Below are positions 61,901 to 64,000 of a stretch of DNA of 64,000 bases, piece by piece. The notes beneath the pieces were generated by a model. It ran no database searches. It was given only the letters and a program-made list of their open reading frames with translations, and was not told the origin of the DNA. A program made the position numbers and the translations under genes. The stretch is from the human T2T-CHM13v2.0 reference genome, Homo sapiens, in the NCBI RefSeq assembly GCF_009914755.1, contig NC_060926.1. The stretch is one strand, 5' to 3'. Position 1 is the stretch's first letter. Each line of letters starts with the position of its first letter.

Positions 61901-64000
61901 TGGACTCGAATGGAACCATCATTGAATGGATTCACAAAATGGAATCAAATGGAATCATCATCAAATGAAATCAAATGGAATCATCAAATGGAATCGAATG
62001 GAATCATCATTGAATGGATTCGAATAGAATCTTTGAATGAAATTGAATGGAATCAGCATGAAATGGAATCTAAAGGAATCATAGAATGGTATCGAATGGA
62101 ATCATCATCGAATGGAATGGAATGGAATGGAATGGAATGGAATCAGCATCGAATGGAATCAAAAGCAATCATTCAATGGACTCTAATAGAATCATCGAAT
62201 AGACTTGAATGTAATCATCATCGAATGGAGAAGAATGGAATCAACCAATGGACACGAATGGAATCGTCATCAAATGGACTCGAATGCAATCATCATTGAA
62301 TGGAATGAAATGGAATCATCATGGAATGGAATTGAATGGAATCATCGAATGGACTCGAAAGGAATTATGCTCGAATGGAATCTAATGGAATCATCAAATG
62401 GACTCAAATGGAATCATCATCGAATGAAATCGTATGGAATCATCGAATGCAACTGAATGGAATCATTGAATGGACTTGAAAGGAATTATTATGGAATGGA
62501 ATTGAATGGAATCATTGAATGGACTTTAAAGGAATCATCATCAAGTGGAATCGAATGGAATCATTGAATGGACTCGAATTGAATCTTTGAATGGCATCGA
62601 ATGGAATCATCATGGAATGGAGTCAAATGGAATCATCATCAAATGGAATTGAATGGAATCTTCATTGAATGGACTCGAATGGAATCATCATCAATTGGAA
62701 TCTAATCGAATCATCAATGAAGGGAATCGAATGGAATCATCATCGAATGGAATCGAATGGAATCATCAACAAGTGGAAACGAATGAAATCATCGAATGGA
62801 ATCCAATGGTGTCATCGAATGGACACGAAAGGAATCATCGAATGGAATCAAATGGAATCACCATCGAATGGAATCAAATGGAATCACCATCGAATGGAAT
62901 GTTATGAAATCATCTCATGGACTCGAAGGGAATCATCATCGAATGGAATCGAATGGAATCATTGAATGAAATGGAAAGGAATCACCATCGAATGGAATGT
63001 TATGGAATCTTCTAATGGACTCGAAGGGAATCATCATCGAATGGAATCGAATGGAATCATTGAATGGAATTGAATGGAATCATCATCAAATGGAATCGAA
63101 TGGAATCATCGAATGGAATCTGAATGGAATCATCAATGAATGGAATCAAATGGAATCATCTAATGGACGTGAATGGAATCATCATCGAAAGCAATGAAAT
63201 GTAATTCAATCGAATGGACATGAATGGAATCATCATTGAATGGAATCAAATGGAATCCTCATCGAATGGAATCGAATGGAATCATCAAATGGAATAGAAT
63301 GGAGTCATCGTCGAATGTAATCAAATGTAATCATCGAATGTCATCGAATGGAATCATTGACTGGAAAAGAATGGAATCATCATCGAATGGAAATGAATGG
63401 AATCACAGAATGAAATCGAATGGAATCATCATCGAATGGAGTCTAATGGAATAATCATGGAATGGAATAGAATGGAATCATCGAGTGGACACGAATGGAA
63501 TCATCATTGAATGGAATCAAATAGAATCATCAAATGGACTTGAATGTAAACAACATCGAATGGAATCTAATTTAGTCATTGAATTGCATTGAGTGGAATC
63601 ATCATTGAATGGAATCTAAGGAAATCATCGAATGGACTCGAGTGGAATCATCATCAAATGGGATCATCATCAAATGGAATCGAATGGAGTCACCAAATGG
63701 ACACGAATGAATGAGCAAATGGACTCGAATGGAAACATCAAATAGAATCGAATGGAATCATCGAAAGGAATTGAATGGAATGATTGAATGGACTCGAATG
63801 GAATCATCTAATGGACACGAATGGAATAATCATAAAATGGAATCGAATGGAATCATCAAATGGACTCGAATGAATGGAATCATCGAATGGACTCCAATGG
63901 AATCATCAAATGGAATCAAACCGAATCATCATCGAATGGAATCGAATGGAATCATCATCAAATGGAATCAAGCGGAAGGTATCATCAAATGGAATCAAAT
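37926..64000 (+). repeat. Human satellite II (HSat2/HSATII) array, 23/26-bp GAATGGAATCGAATGGAATC(ATC)1-2 units with kb-scale higher-order repeats; runs off the window end
   Basis: Read directly: abundant GAATCGAATG, GGACTCGAATG and CATCATC in a single orientation. Confidence 0.96.

Noticed and set aside
37854-63454. More than 100 ORFs of MESSSNGIEWNH type
   Set aside because: Translations of the satellite in all frames; no gene structure.
37926-64000. CRISPR-like repeat-spacer array
   Set aside because: Primate DNA with no unique spacers and no cas genes; it is a classical satellite.

Overview
Hominid, most likely human, pericentromeric DNA: about 37.7 kb of repeat-rich segmental-duplication-type sequence runs into a human satellite II (HSat2, GAATG/GAATC/CATC) array that fills 37.7-64 kb. 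I see no intact protein-coding gene. The left part holds ERV LTRs, Alus and DNA transposons, a full-length defective L1PA3/4-type LINE-1 (7.0-13.2 kb, minus), a (CATTT)n array, a duplicated KSR1 exon 1 with an in-frame stop, and a CpG-rich GGGGGCAAAAAGCCGCGGCGGC tandem repeat. The best finding is a young L1HS-like insertion (28030-29543) with a 9-bp TSD, a twin-priming inversion and a ~410-bp 3' transduction carrying its own AATAAA and poly(A). The satellite has a readable mosaic higher-order structure (~5.4, ~3.2 and ~2.7 kb). I found no evidence of a wholly new biological system. Repeat subfamily names are recognised from memory of consensus sequences, not from a RepeatMasker run, and most boundaries are approximate.
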